Source of the DNA: Harriotta raleighana
Taxonomy: Eukaryota
Assembly: GCA_050575255.1 (NCBI GenBank)
Contig: JBNZDD010013398.1
Coordinates: forward strand, 101,360-165,359
Direction of reading: 5' to 3'
DNA length: 64,000 nt
In this document: piece by piece, positions 23,701 through 37,091 of the stretch
Position numbering within the stretch: position 1 is the stretch's first letter
Layout: every line of letters starts with the position of its first letter
Translations under genes and position numbers: made by a program
The notes under the pieces: model-generated
What the model was told of the DNA's origin: nothing
Seen by the model: the letters and a program-made list of their open reading frames with translations, nothing else
Database searches by the model: none

Positions 23701-26700
23701 TCTTTCAGCTGCCACATCTGTGATCTCCCAATGCATTGATTTACAGTTGCCTCTGGTTAAAATAGGTTTGGAAGAAATCTGCAAAGGCTCAGTGATCCAT
23801 TCTGCATTATGATGAACACATTGAGAACTATTTCATATAAATTGTATGGACATTTACTTTGCTGTAGAATCCCAGGTAGAAACAAAATACAAATGTTAAA
23901 TCTTTCTTTGGAGAGGAGTTTAGATACAATATTGCAATTAAATATCCTTTTGCTTCTAAACAGTGTTTAGTTTAATACAGGAACCTACACACCACTCTGC
24001 CTAAAGAAGAAATCACCAATGAATTATTACAGTTTTTTATGAAGTCTATCATGTAGTCATTCATTTTATGTCAGACTTGTATGTGAATGATGCACAGTTT
24101 AAGAAAACAAAAAAACATTTATCCTGTTTACATTTGCAAGTTTAGGTGTAAAGAAAGAAGATGAACAATAATTGTGAACAGTTTTCTTGGCCCCTCAAGC
24201 ATTGAACATCCCAGATAATAGTTGTATTTTACAGAGAGAAAAAGAGGAATATTTGGAGTTGTGAATGAAAACACACAATATAGGCCCTTAGCCCTAGGAT
24301 TGCAAGATCAAAAGGCTTAGAATAATATTTGAGAACTTGCATTGGTTAATATTTGTGAACTTGTCCCCTCCGCACCACCATAGGCGGCAGTTCCTTCAAA
24401 CATTTTGCCTCAAAACTTTGGAACTCTCTCACTCAAACTCTCTAACCTTGCTACCTTGAAGGGTGTTGTATAAATGCAAGTTGTTGTTCTTGTTGTTGAT
24501 TATGAACAAAGCTCTTGCAGGAATTGCCTTCACCTCCATCCTACATTTGTCTTCATCCTCATCATTTTATTCCAGAAGTGAAATCATAGCTGTGGAATGA
24601 TCATTCCGTTAGATCCCAAGAGAGGTTTGAATAAAGAATTCACTTTGTTTCTCTCCCTTCTAACATTCTCTCCCTTTTAACATGCTCACCCTTTGGTCTT
24701 CCCATTGTAACATCCAACTGTTGCTTCAAACTAAGTCAGTTTGATGTTAACTAGTTCCATCCTTATGTAAGTAAATAATTCCTGGTGTCTGCCCTAAATT
24801 TGCACTTCACATTCCTCGGCACCCTGTTTATATTGCTTATTTGCCCATGAAAGTAGTTTGGAGATGGTGAGAGAAAAAATTGGTTGTTAGTGACTGAGAG
24901 TCACGAAGAGTGAATTAATTTTGTTGTGAAATATGCCCATTGTTATAGCATCTGAAGCTGAAGAACTTGCATTTTTATAGTTCTTTCATCAAGTTGAAAC
25001 CGCTTGAAATGCTTCATAATAATGATTGTCAAATGTGCTGGTGTTTGTGTGAAGAGCTTGCCAGTTTCTTGTGTGGGGAATTAATCTGAACCGTCTCTCC
25101 CGCTTAAAGGTAATATAACATCACAGAGTGTGTGCAACGCAGGGACAATTGGTTTTCATGTGATGTGAGCGAATCTGGGGGAAATTGGCAGGCGTCAGCA
25201 AATGATAAGGCTGCTGGATTTTACCAGGCTTTGTGACAGCGTTGATCCTTGTAATCCGTGACAAAAAGACAGCAGCTTTGGGGTTCACGTAAATAAACGA
25301 TACAGTTCTCACTATAGTCACGAATGTACAGTTTGACCATTTCAGCTAAAAAGCAAAATAACACAGGAAACACCATCCAATCTCCCTCCAAAATCATTCC
25401 TAACCCTATACTCATTGCTGCAAGAGAGGGCTCTACATGCTTTGTGACTGCTGTAACACTGACTCAAATCAGTGTTAATAAATCTCACAAGAACATAGCC
25501 ACACTTTTTGGGGGGGACCATTTAGTGCATGCCCATTTAATTCTGTTTAAATTCCTCATTAAGGTTACTTACCTTCTCATTTCCTGGTGTTTGGAATTTT
25601 ATTTTCCCCTCTTTCTCGCTTAGAAAAGCAATCAGTTGCTACGGAGACAGATCTGTGCCCACGGTCACATCTGTTGTTTGATATTTTCACAGAAGGAGCC
25701 GAGCAATGCGCCCTCAACATACGGTGCGGATTATCTGAAAACATCGCCTTGCTTCTGTTAATGGGAGAAGTGGGTGTTTCGCTCAAATGCACGCCGCAAT
25801 TTTCATTCAATAAGTCAATCGGCCCAGCAGTGAATTGCAGCATAAATCAATGAGTATAAAATGTGTTAGCAATTCCAAAAAAAAACTAAATATTTTCCAA
25901 GTACTGTACAAACACCAGTGCTTTGTGGTGGCCTCCTGACATGAAAGGCCCTATACAAATGTAAGTTGTTGTTGTTATTGTAGTCCTAGAGTTCATGATA
26001 ACAAGTAGAAAATTAGGAAAACAGGAGCCCGAAAAAGCCATTCAGTCCATGGAGTGTATTCTACCAGTTTACCAGTAATGCTTGTCAGATCTTTTAATCC
26101 TAATAGCCAACTCTTCCACCATATCCCTTAAAACCTCTATTACCTAAATCTTTGATCTGTTTCACTTTCAAACAACCTTATTGATTGTGTTCTCTACAGC
26201 TTTCTGGGGACGAGCATTCCGCATTTTCACATGTCTCTCTCTGTGCAGAAACGCTTCCAGTCGAAGCTCGAATGCCTCGTACTTTTATCTTTAAGACTGT
26301 CATCTTCAAATTTAAGATCATGGGGTTGCACTGATTCCAAATGTAACATGCCTGGTGAAGGGAGCGAAAAACTGAGTGAAATCTCTCTGAGTGATGTGCA
26401 TTCAGAGTCAAGACGCTCCACAGATGCTCCAGGGCAGTCCTGGTGATTGACTAGCCTGCCTCTCTTGTCAAAGAGATTAGAAATGCTAGACACATCACTG
26501 GGAATATGGTTCTTCCTCCTCAGTTCCCTACATCCCAGCAAAGGAATGTCCTAACAGACGAGGATGCCAACAGTCAAAAGCCCACCGGTAGCATTAATTC
26601 TTATTCTGTGTATTTGTAGTCAATTTCCTGTTCCTTTCCATAATCTAACAAAATACTGTATACATATACTGTAGTTCCTTTTCTTCAATCAATATTGAGG

Positions 26701-28544
26701 TGATGCAATAAGCAATTAAAAGTCTAATGGAATTCAAACAATTATAGCTAGAATAGTAAAATATTATACTTTTTATACTGGTGAAATGAGGTGAAGCAAT
26801 TTTGTGCAAGAGTCTAGATTTATACAACTTGTTGCTGAGCCCTGAGGCTGAAGTGAGCTCTATACAAGCTCAACTAAGAGTATGTGTAGATTTCTGTTCA
26901 CCAGCAGTAAAGATTGGCTGCATTTTTATATTATTAAAGAGAATAGAATGTGTGCAGTTCTCCAGCAACTTCAAAAATCTCAAGGTCGATTAGAATGAAT
27001 TAACCGAGACTTTTAGACTTGACTTTAAACTTAGAAAAATAAAAGTTTATTTGGAATTAGTTCTTCTGAAATGTACTTTGTTGCCATCAATTCGATGCAG
27101 GAGAGAGGCTCCTTCAAATTGCCAATGTTGCAGTTATCTCCAAATCTAATTGATGTAAGGCTGATTGAACTGATGCTATCTGAGTGTCATAAAATAGATT
27201 ATGGATATACAGATCAAATCTAAATTCAGAATATTACTTGAAACTAAAACAAGAAAGTATAACCAAAGGGCATAAATGGAAATCAATAAAAAATAATTGT
27301 GAAACATCTCGGGGGAAAAAAAACTTTACTGCTTTACCAGTATTTGAAACAATCTATCAGGAAAAGGAACAGATGCAAAATATAAGAATCATTAATCATA
27401 CCAATAAATATCACAATGGTAATTAATCTACTGAAGATAAAAGGGTGAAAATACTATCTCTCCATAATGTGTTTGAAGTGGGAACTGTTACATTGAACAT
27501 GTTAAGAAATGCCATTAATTTCGCTCCATAAAGTTCAGTGGCTGAATTTTCTTTCTGATCCCTGACCTTTCCTGTTTCTATGAATTCTTGAGCTGGTTAA
27601 AATATCTTAATGTAAGAAATTTCTACAGTGGACTTTTACAGTTAAAATTGAAGACTTATCTTCCTTTGGTCAATCTAATAGGTCAGCTGAAATTTCCCAG
27701 ATAGAGCAATGAAAACAAGTGCCTCCAGCCACAAAGCCCTCAATCACTTTCTGCACATTGATTGAATTTCTTATGGAGCAGTTTCACAGCCACAGTGGAT
27801 TGTAAAGCTGTCAGAATCCCCAGGTTTCCCATGGTTTTAGGCTTAACACATTTTATATCAGCAGAAGTTTGGAAATTCTTAAATTCAGCCTTAATTCAGA
27901 ACTGGTGTCTGACACATATAGAAACGCATCACCATGCTTACAACAACAACTTATATTTACACAGAGCCTTTCATGCCAGTTGGTGTCTCGGAGCGCTTAA
28001 GAGTCTCCAGTCCAAGATGAGAATTCCATGCGTCCAACCTACATATGGAGATTCCAGAGATAAATTGTTGGAATGGAAAGTGATGAATCCTGTTTATTGA
28101 ATTCCAGAGTGTATTAGGCACAGGCTGATAAGAAACAAAGCTCGGGGACCCGGGAGTATAGGTTGTGGTAATTGCTGGAGTCTTATCAGATAAGTATATG
28201 AAATAGAGACTCTCACAGCAGAAAGTGAGGTGTAATCTCTGAATTGTGTCTCGAGGGATTGTACAATTGGATACCAGGGTGGGTCAAATTGACAATATTT
28301 GAAAAATAGCTAAATGCAATTTACAAAGGATATACCAAGTATCAAAAACAAACAGTTATCCTTAACTTTCTCTTAATATTAATTCTATAATCCACGCATT
28401 TGATATAGGGTCTTATTACGCTGTTGAGGCATCTCAAAGTGCTTCACAGAATCTATTGTAAAGTGTAGCGACTGTGTATATTGTGGGCAAAACTTTCCCT
28501 CATTGTTATAGCTGTGAAGCACTTTGAGAAATTCATTTTAATTG

Positions 28545-28922
28545 ATCCATCCACATCCTCTCCCCAACCTCACATCCGTGACTTCCTATGCCCTCTGCAT
28601 GCCCTCTCTACTCAGCAGGCTCTGGCCTGCTCCACGTCCCCTGACCCCACCTGCCCCACCATTGGAGGGCAAGGCTTTAGCCACTCTGCTCCCAACCTCT
28701 GGAACTCCATCCCGCTGTCCCTCTGCCTTGCCCCCTCCATGGCCTCTTTTAAGTTTTGCCTCAAGACTCTCCTCTTTGATGGACCCATTGGAGACTCCTA
28801 ATCACCCCTTCCCTCCCTGCCCCCGTGTCCTCAGCTCGGGTCTGGAGCAGTGACAGTCCAGTGCTTTGGGATGTCCTCCTGATGTGAAAGGTGCTATACA
28901 AGCGGAATTTTGTTGTTGTTGT
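28545..28922 (+). mobile_element. L2 LINE 3' fragment
   Basis: Translates as TIGGQGFSHSAPNLWNSIPLSL...SFKFCLKTLLF (L2 ORF2 C-terminus), followed by the shared tail and (TGT)n. Confidence 0.85.
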
Positions 28923-29517
28923 AATTGAAATGTATTATTAAAGTGTAAATTTGTCATGATCTTGTGATTTATTAGAGACAATTCTGAATTAATATTGAAT
29001 TATGGAGAATTTGGGGACAGCATTTTTTTTCACTGAATACAAATGAGATGGATATTATATTTAGTTGGAATCTTTGAAAGCTCTTTGAATATCAAGTCAA
29101 CTAATTTGCCAGGAGCATTGCCAGAGGTAAAACCCCTAATGCTATAACACATAGACTCCCCTAGTAATCAACTGCAAATTATTTATTGATGAATTTGCGG
29201 TAATTAAATCAGATTAATTAATCTTGCAGCATGAATGCCTGTGTACTGCAATAACATGGAGCATACTGACAGCTGGTGTTGGCACTGTTGAATACTGCTA
29301 GCACCAAACTCAATCCAAGTCATACGAAGCTAACAGTTTGTATGATGCAAACAACAGAAACAGTTTCATTCGGTAACAACAGTGCCTGTGTATTCTGAAA
29401 GTCCCTGGCTTGATTCCACATTTTGTGCTTTATCTGATTCCATTAGCCAAAATTGGCCTCAGTGTTTCTCGGTAGATGAGATTAGATCAACCATGATCTA
29501 ATTGAATACAGTATGTA

Positions 29518-30030
29518 ATCTACTGTATGTAATAATTATTGTCATACTTCAGCAGTTAATTTTTTGTGGGTAAATACAGCACATTCCCATGAAAAGTTAT
29601 GAGATGAATGACCAATCAGAAAGGTTGTTGGTGGAACAGAATCTTCTAATAGGTTACAGAGAGCTAAAATGTGTATGATTCTCATTAAAAAATTGGGTAT
29701 CTTATCACTATTCAATGACCCCCAACACCCATGGATATTGAATGTCAGGTTGGAAGTAATTCCTCCCCAGCTAAATAACTTGTAAAAACGTTCTTTTGGG
29801 AGCTCAAATGGAAAGCATAGTAATTTGGAAGAATTTCTGAAAGGAAGAACTTACATTTTTATATCAGTTTATTTCTCAAAGAGATCTACTGTATGTAATA
29901 ATTATTGTCAAACTCCAGGCATGATTTTTTATGCAGGCAAATACAACAAAATCCCAGGGACAGCAGTAAGGTGAATGACCAATCGGAAAGATTGTTGGAC
30001 AGAAGATTATTCTAATCACACCAGAGACAA
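29518..30030 (+). repeat. Diverged direct duplication of about 140 bp (starts near 29518 and 29883)
   Basis: Both copies begin atctactgtatgtaataattattgtca and share gaatgaccaatc.gaaag.ttgttgg. Confidence 0.75.
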
Positions 30031-30493
30031 ATCTATTGCTCCATATCTAGCTCATTGCACGAATCAGTTCTAGCCCCTATTTGTGACTTCAGTGGTAACC
30101 TATTTATGGATAATTTCTTCTGGAAAATACTCATCAGACTGGAAAATTGAGTAGTTTTATACGTTATATGGAAAACATATTAATCGAACTATAGTAGTGG
30201 CAAAATATGCATAGTGCATAAACCTACTGTGTCATTTGTCTGAATTTGCAATGCACTAACTGGCTGACTTGGCTAACTCTGTGTCTCTCATTCAGAACAT
30301 AACTAGGCATGATCTGCTACAGACAATGGCCGTTTGTGAATTGACACATAAATTTAGACTAAATTATTCCAAGCAACAACCGCTCACCGACTCCAGCAAT
30401 AATGACAAAACCCAGGGGGACTGATTTGAATCCAAATAAAAAAAACACAAAAAGTCACGCATCAGGAAAAACAAGCTGAAATTTTGAGATCAG

Positions 30494-30526
<33 letters not shown>

Positions 30527-32331
30527 TAAAGCCCCCATGACGGTTAGAACATATGGATGACAATTTGTGCAATCGTTTAATCCGTTTTTAAATGTGTTCT
30601 TCCAAAAAAAAGGTCTAAACAAAATCAGACTGGAGTATAATGTGGGTAATTGCTGTTTGAGAGATATTTTGAGTTTTTAGCATTTAAATAAAGGGAGAAT
30701 TCAGTCAAGGAAGGATGGACAGACAGCCATGAATTGCGATTATGAACAGCTTTGAGATAATCCCAAAGAAATATGCACATAAATGCACCAACCATCGGCG
30801 AAATGCACTCTTGAAAAACATTGTTTAAATTGTTTGACATTTATATAATGGTGCAAAAAAACCTTCAGTTTCCATATCAAACCTCAGTAATTGCTTGTTT
30901 CCCCCCCAACCTTTATGGGGGGAGGGGGTGGGGTTAGTAACATTAATATTTGTCTGAAAATGATGTGCCTGGGCCTATTATGATTCAGTGGGCACTATTG
31001 CATTGCAAAACCTGGCCACTAATAAACCGAGTCACCACAATGATTCACTGCACATTAACATGGATTACAGTACTGTTTAGTGTGGACAGCAGAAATTCCG
31101 CCTCTGCCATGATGATTCAATGTATTTCTAGAAACCAGCCTTTGGCGGCCCTGAAGTCAGCATCCAGCCATAATCTAGCCCAGCAGTGAAAGTATAAATC
31201 TTAGTTTCGTGTACATTTATGTTGATTGTGTCAAATGAATACTTACCAAGTTTAACAGATGAGGATATTTGTTTGTACTTGGGCCAGTCCAATGAGCTTT
31301 GACAACGCAGTGAAAGAGAAACACTTTGTAAAAAAAAGTCTTCAAGTTGGCTTCTCGCATAAGTATCATAATGCTTGATTAAATTAATTGCTGTGCACAG
31401 AACCATTGAAATGTTTCCTCTGTGTTTCTATTCAGAAGTGAAACGAGAAACAGACTAGGGTTTTAGTCTGACAAGGTTGTCCATTGCATTTATTCTTGTG
31501 TGCAATAGTGCAGAGTCTACAGGCACACTCAACTTCAATTCCATTCTACAGCCAATACAAGTTATTTTTATTGTTACATCTACAGTACAGTATAACGCTT
31601 TCCCCTTACTGGGCAAAGCTCATCAAATACAAAACTGATGATTCATTATTGATATGTGTAGCACTGGACGAATAGAAGGCCTGAAATTATATTTGGTCTT
31701 AATAGTTTGTCTTAAAAATTACATTCATGCACAATTATGGATTTTTTTTTTTAGTACTTAGTCTTAATTTAGAATCCAGGTTTCTAGAATTCTTTTAAAA
31801 ATAATAGGTAAAGGCAAGGATGTTGAAGTTGATCTGCAACAGTAATGTGAGTCAGTGGAGCCTGGCTAGGCTAACAGGCTAACACGACAGTATCACGAGG
31901 CTGATGCATTTCTACTAGATCTGGTGAAAAAAAATTGTACTTTAGCTGCACTTTATGGTTTTGAATGTCCTGATGGATCTTTTTGATCTCAGGTTTGCTA
32001 TTTATTTCCTCTGCACTTGCACAAATATGCTTTTAACTCACCTTTCCATGGGACCACTGTAAATTGTTTTATTCTTATTGTAAATTAATAAAAAATAAGT
32101 TAAAAAAAAACAAGCTGCCCTCTGATGTCTTCATGCATAGATGCACTTTCATAGGCTTGCAGACCTAAAGTATTCCAAATTCATTTGCTGAGATAGCTGA
32201 TCTGAACTGGATTGCTGGTGAAGGCATCACAATTAGCTTCAGTGCCGATTTGTCCCAAGAGGGCAAAAATCATTCTGTTTCCATTTTTGATTGTGATCCA
32301 TTGAGTCTTGCTGAATTACTCATGCTTGTGT

Positions 32332-32363
<32 letters not shown>

Positions 32364-34797
32364 GAGAGAGAACAGAATCTAGCTGAGATCTTGTTGAATT
32401 AACTGTTGACATTTACACTCTAGATTCACACAAGAAGAATTGCCACTTTGGGAAGGTACTTGAAGAAGAAGATTGAAGGGTTTGGGGGAACAAGCAGGAG
32501 TTTGCGATTAGATACAATGACACAGGGGGATTTAATGGGCCAAAATGACTATTTTAGTGTTGTAAGTATCTATGACACCACGATTGGATGTTGAGCATTA
32601 AAGCAATATTAAGGTCAAAAATATTAAAAGATTGTCAGATATTCCCTGAAAATAGCTGATGATATTTCTCACTTCTACAAGGCAATTGTCACTCTGGAGA
32701 TGTAAATATGCTTTGACATGGATTTGCTTCATGGCTGTAGTTTGATCACAGAATTTTTCACTTCACGCTGTGGAAAATAAGTCTGTTCACGGTTGACTAA
32801 GTGGAGATGGAAAGTAGTGTGTGAGGGTCAGAGAGAAATGGGTGAAATACAATAGGTGTGTAAAGGAAAAATGATCTAAGCAAGATACTGTATTGTGTCA
32901 GGGCCTTAAGGGCATGGTATTTTCAGAGCAATCTATCCTTTTATTGCCACTCACTGCCACAGTGCATCAATCAGGAAGATTGGAGCATTCTGCATGTGGA
33001 GTGATCATATTTTCATTGAAAGATTATTATTTTGTTAAATTTAGCTAGTTGCAATTATTACTTCTGTGAGTTAAAGTGTCATGTTTAAGCACCAAGGGAC
33101 ACTAACCTACATGAGCGGTGTTATATAATGCAAATTGTTGTTGGTGGTGTTTTCATGTATTATTCCAGGAATAAATTGATGCATCATTTTAGTTGAGAAA
33201 CATAAAATAAAATTTGAAGAAACTTGGAGTAAGTTAAGGCCAGTCAGTTTTACAGTCCCTCGCCATCTAGAACTTGCTATACATTTTATTGTGGACTGCA
33301 TTGAAGGAACATTTTTACATAAATGCTCCCTGATTCCTCCATCCCCACGATCAAACCCAACGTGTTTGCCTCACAGACAAAATTCTCTGTTCTCCCACCT
33401 CCCCCTTCAGGTCCCATTGGAACCATGATGTGATAAGGTGCTATATTGAATTGAAGGATTATTATATTGTGCCTCGAAAGTCTGATTTTAATCTCAGACT
33501 GCAACTATCCAAGCAACCTCCGATGTTTCTCAAACAGATGCTTATCCATTTCTTTTCAGAAAGACCTAATATCATCGAGAGTGGTTAATGATAGGGTCAA
33601 CTGATTTTGTTGTGAGATTGTTCTACACACCTACTATTCTATGAGGCAGAAATCATTTTTATCATTTGGGTTTGCTAATTTTAAGATTATATCTTGTTTT
33701 CTGAGTTCACATATTAATTCAAACAGCTTTTCTATATTATAATAATGATTATACTTGTATTTAATAATAATAAATTGACGTAGGATATTATCACATCTTT
33801 GGGACATCTCAAAGCTCTCCACAAATATTCTGTAAAATGAATTGACTGCATATTTTGATGGCAAAACAAAACATATAGCAGTTTTAATATTGAAACATCT
33901 CAAAGTGTTTAACTGGTGCTTTATTTCAAGTGTAGTATTTGAAAGCCAATGACAGCCAATTTGTAAGATTTCACAAATCAGCATAAAGTGAATTGACATT
34001 TGCCTCACAGTGTTTTCAAAATCTATATCATATTTTCTATGAGATCTGCAAATAACTAAACAGCTTTCTCCCAAACAGATAGAATGGTTGGTAATGGCTT
34101 GAATCTGGGAAGACTAAGCCTTTCCCATTCACCAATTTCATTTGTGTTATCAATAAATACCTTATTGGTTTGAAAATAAGTTCCATGTACTGATCAAGCT
34201 TTTCTTATCTGTACCCAATATTGCTCAATTTTACAGTGCTTGGTGATCTTCAAGTAGTCCCCAATTGCAAATGCAGTATATACTTTGAAGCGCTTCAAGA
34301 CGTCTAGAAGTTATGAAAAGCGCTTTGTCAAATGCAAAGATTATTATATTGCGGTGCCAGATTTAGAATTATATTAAGTCACCAAAACACTGCACATTTG
34401 TAGACCTACAGATATGTTGCAGCTATGTTGCATTTCTAGGCCTCAATTACATCTGTGGTTTTATTATGACATGGGAATTGGAAACAAATCATTCTAAGCC
34501 ACATACATGTCACTATTTGGTGTTTGTTTCTGAGTTCCAAGCAGGCAGATTCCTAAAATTGCCGTTAGATTAAATGTTTCACCTAGTGGAGGAGATATCC
34601 AACTCAAAGCATGGACGTGTCTGTCTCATTCAGATGCTCATGTGATGTACTGTGCACCCGTTCAGCTCCAATAAATCTCCCTTCACCTCCCCCACCCTGC
34701 TTCTGGGAGGAAGATAGTCAATGTGATTATTAGGGGTAGGTTGGCAAGGACCAAGGCTTGGGGAAGCATAACATGTGCGTTGGGTGGGGGGGTAACT

Positions 34798-34920
34798 CAG
34801 TTTTACCTGCTTTTCTTCCCCCGACCCCTCCCCCACTTGACTGTACAGCGCCTTGGGACGTCCTCCTGACGTGAAAGGCGCTATATAAATATAATAAATA
34901 AAAAATAAAAAATAAATAAA
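34798..34920 (+). mobile_element. Short, young L2 3' insertion
   Basis: Undecayed tail cagcgccttgggacgtcctcctgacgtgaaaggcgctatataaat plus an A-rich tail; an apparent empty allele follows (see findings). Confidence 0.85.
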
Positions 34921-36659
34921 TACTGCCACATAGCTTGCCATTGATGGCTCTGTCCTTAATTGTGAATGGCTTTGNAGGGGGGGTAACTTGGAGTCTAACC
35001 AGCTACTGCCACATAGCTTGCCATTGATGGCTCTGTCCTTAATTGTGAATGGCTTTGCTGAGAGGCAATTGAATCTGAACGCATGCGTTGTTCTCCAGCA
35101 TGTATCCCAGCTGAGTTTGTGGCTGGTAGGGAGGGTTTNTAAATACTGCCACATAGCTTGCCATTGATGGCTCTGTCCTTAATTGTGAATGGCTTTGCTG
35201 AGAGGCAATTGAATCTGAACACATGCGCTGTTCTCCAGCATGTATCCCAGCTGAGTTTGTGGCTGGTAGGGAGGGTTTGAATCTCCCGCTGGGTCAGTGC
35301 ATTGTCTGGTGCTTGTTGTTACTGGGCGCCGGCACAATGGCTGGCGACCGTTTGAAAATCTGTCCCTTTGTGATTTCTTCTTCTGCACAAATGCTGCACG
35401 CCTCTCCCTATAGAATGGACACCAGTTGGTGAATGAAGCAAAGCCACTGATTCTGAGTCAGTGGGAGTGTAGGTGGTGATGCTGGGGGGGGGACATGCAA
35501 AGGATTCCTTTGGGGATTCCCTGAATACAAAGCAAAAGTTATCAATCAGAGGCAATGTGCACCACTCTTTGTGCTTCTATTGAAATGGGAGACCGTTGAG
35601 ATTTGTCAAATTGGGTTAAGTAAAGCCAATGTTTATGTGCAAAATCATTGCGTTTATTAACAGTTAGCAGCAACAGGCGGCAAGCTTTATGTGTGTTTAT
35701 GCATGTATTCATTCTGATGACACCTGGCTCTCTCCCTCTCTCCCCACCTACCCCCAAACACACACATAACCCTCTCCACCACCAACCGCGGGAGTTAGCT
35801 ATGATTTAGCCACGGTTTTCAATAAGTTTAGCAACACTTCCTTTCATCTTTGAAGCAATCGATGTTTTTTACTCCAAGCTGAAATCGACCTGCATGGAAA
35901 TGTGGGAATCAAACCGTCAAGTAAATTACAGAGGGTGCTTAAAATTACAAAAAAGGGGAGTTCTGTGTGCAGCACTGCAGGTGTCGTAGACATGAAGACA
36001 GGAATTCGAAATATGTTTCTGTTTCCATTTTGAGTTTGCTGAAACGTGAATAAATATGGGTCTGTCATGGGAAAGTGGTTTTGTATTTAAAAAGTGTATT
36101 CATATCGTCCATCATTCTGCCTTGTTTACGTTTACCAGTAAATCGCTCAACCCGCTCAGTACTTGCTCAGAGATTAGCTAAAGAAAATGATGCTTTGCTC
36201 TCTTCCTCTTCTTGGTACACATTTATAAATAGACCAGTTAATATGACAGAAAGTGTAATGATGTGCGGTAATTTCAATCCAGAGTCTCAGCGTTCGAGTA
36301 CATTCTTGTTTATCTCACTCACAGGCGATTTTCTAAGAGACACTTGTTCAAAATAAAGTGTTATCGAGTGTCAGGGTCACTATCAATGAAATTAGTTATC
36401 GTCATCGTCATTTATGATGCTGGTAATAGGAAAAAAATGAATCCGATTTTGTGAACACAAGTAATAATAGTAATAATAATAATTGCATTTGATGTAGCGC
36501 CTCATCACGTCTCAAAATAAACATCAATAAAGTGAATTGACTGTTGTACTTTGTGTAACACAGGCGGCAGCCAATTGCGCACAATTGAAGTGTTAAAGAT
36601 TTGTTTTGTCTCTTGCAGGAATTGCTCTCTCGATCAGGCAAGGGTTAATCTCGCTCTGC

Positions 36660-36686
36660 CGCTGTCCTCCAATAGGGTTCTGAAAT
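36660..36686 (+). promoter_or_regulatory. Promoter element upstream of variable exon B (CGCT box plus CCAAT; Pcdh CSE-like)
   Basis: CGCTGTCCTCCAATAGGGTTCTGAAAT about 430 bp upstream of the ATG. CGCT is the core of the Pcdh conserved sequence element, and the motif is shared with the exon A promoter. Confidence 0.72.
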
Positions 36687-36960
36687 AAAGCTGGGATCTG
36701 CTGCATCAAATGCACTCGTGCCTTCGCGCCTGCTATACAGGAGGAAGATTTTCCCAAAGAAAAACACACACACACATACACACACACTACTGGCTCGTTG
36801 TGCTGCGAGTCAGCTGTGTGTGTGAGAGGCAGGGCGTATGTGTGCCATGGGAAGTCTCAACAGTAACATCGCTGTAGTCTTTCAGTGTGGAATTGGAGAC
36901 ACAACACGCGCCTTTACGCATATTGCAAGTGAAATCTTTAGTGTGACACGTTGAGTTATT

Positions 36961-37022
36961 TCTCTTTCTCTCTCTCTCTCTCTCTCCCTCTCTGCCTCTC
37001 GCTCTCTCTCTGTTTCTCTCTC
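36961..37022 (+). repeat. (CT)n-rich tract upstream of the exon B ATG
   Basis: Direct reading of the sequence. Confidence 0.9.
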
Positions 37023-37091
37023 ATTGCTCGAGTGCTGGATGGAACAAGAACTTGCCAGGTTGGGATTGCGTTCGAGGTCTACCTACAAGCC

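Noticed and set aside
24372-24392. CTCF-like ccaccataggcggcag
   Set aside because: Lies inside a decayed L2 fragment (the TIGG-coding segment).
11000-34600. Many 60-150 aa ORFs in AT-rich intergenic DNA
   Set aside because: No recognisable domains; many overlap SINEs or simple repeats; expected by chance.
34921-35280. CRISPR-like or genuine tandem array
   Set aside because: Eukaryotic context, copies bounded by Ns and no unique spacers; explained by haplotype/contig overlap.
36951-37091. N-terminal extension of exon B in the ORF track
   Set aside because: Non-ATG start running through a (CT)n tract; the Kozak ATG at 37092 precedes a normal signal peptide.
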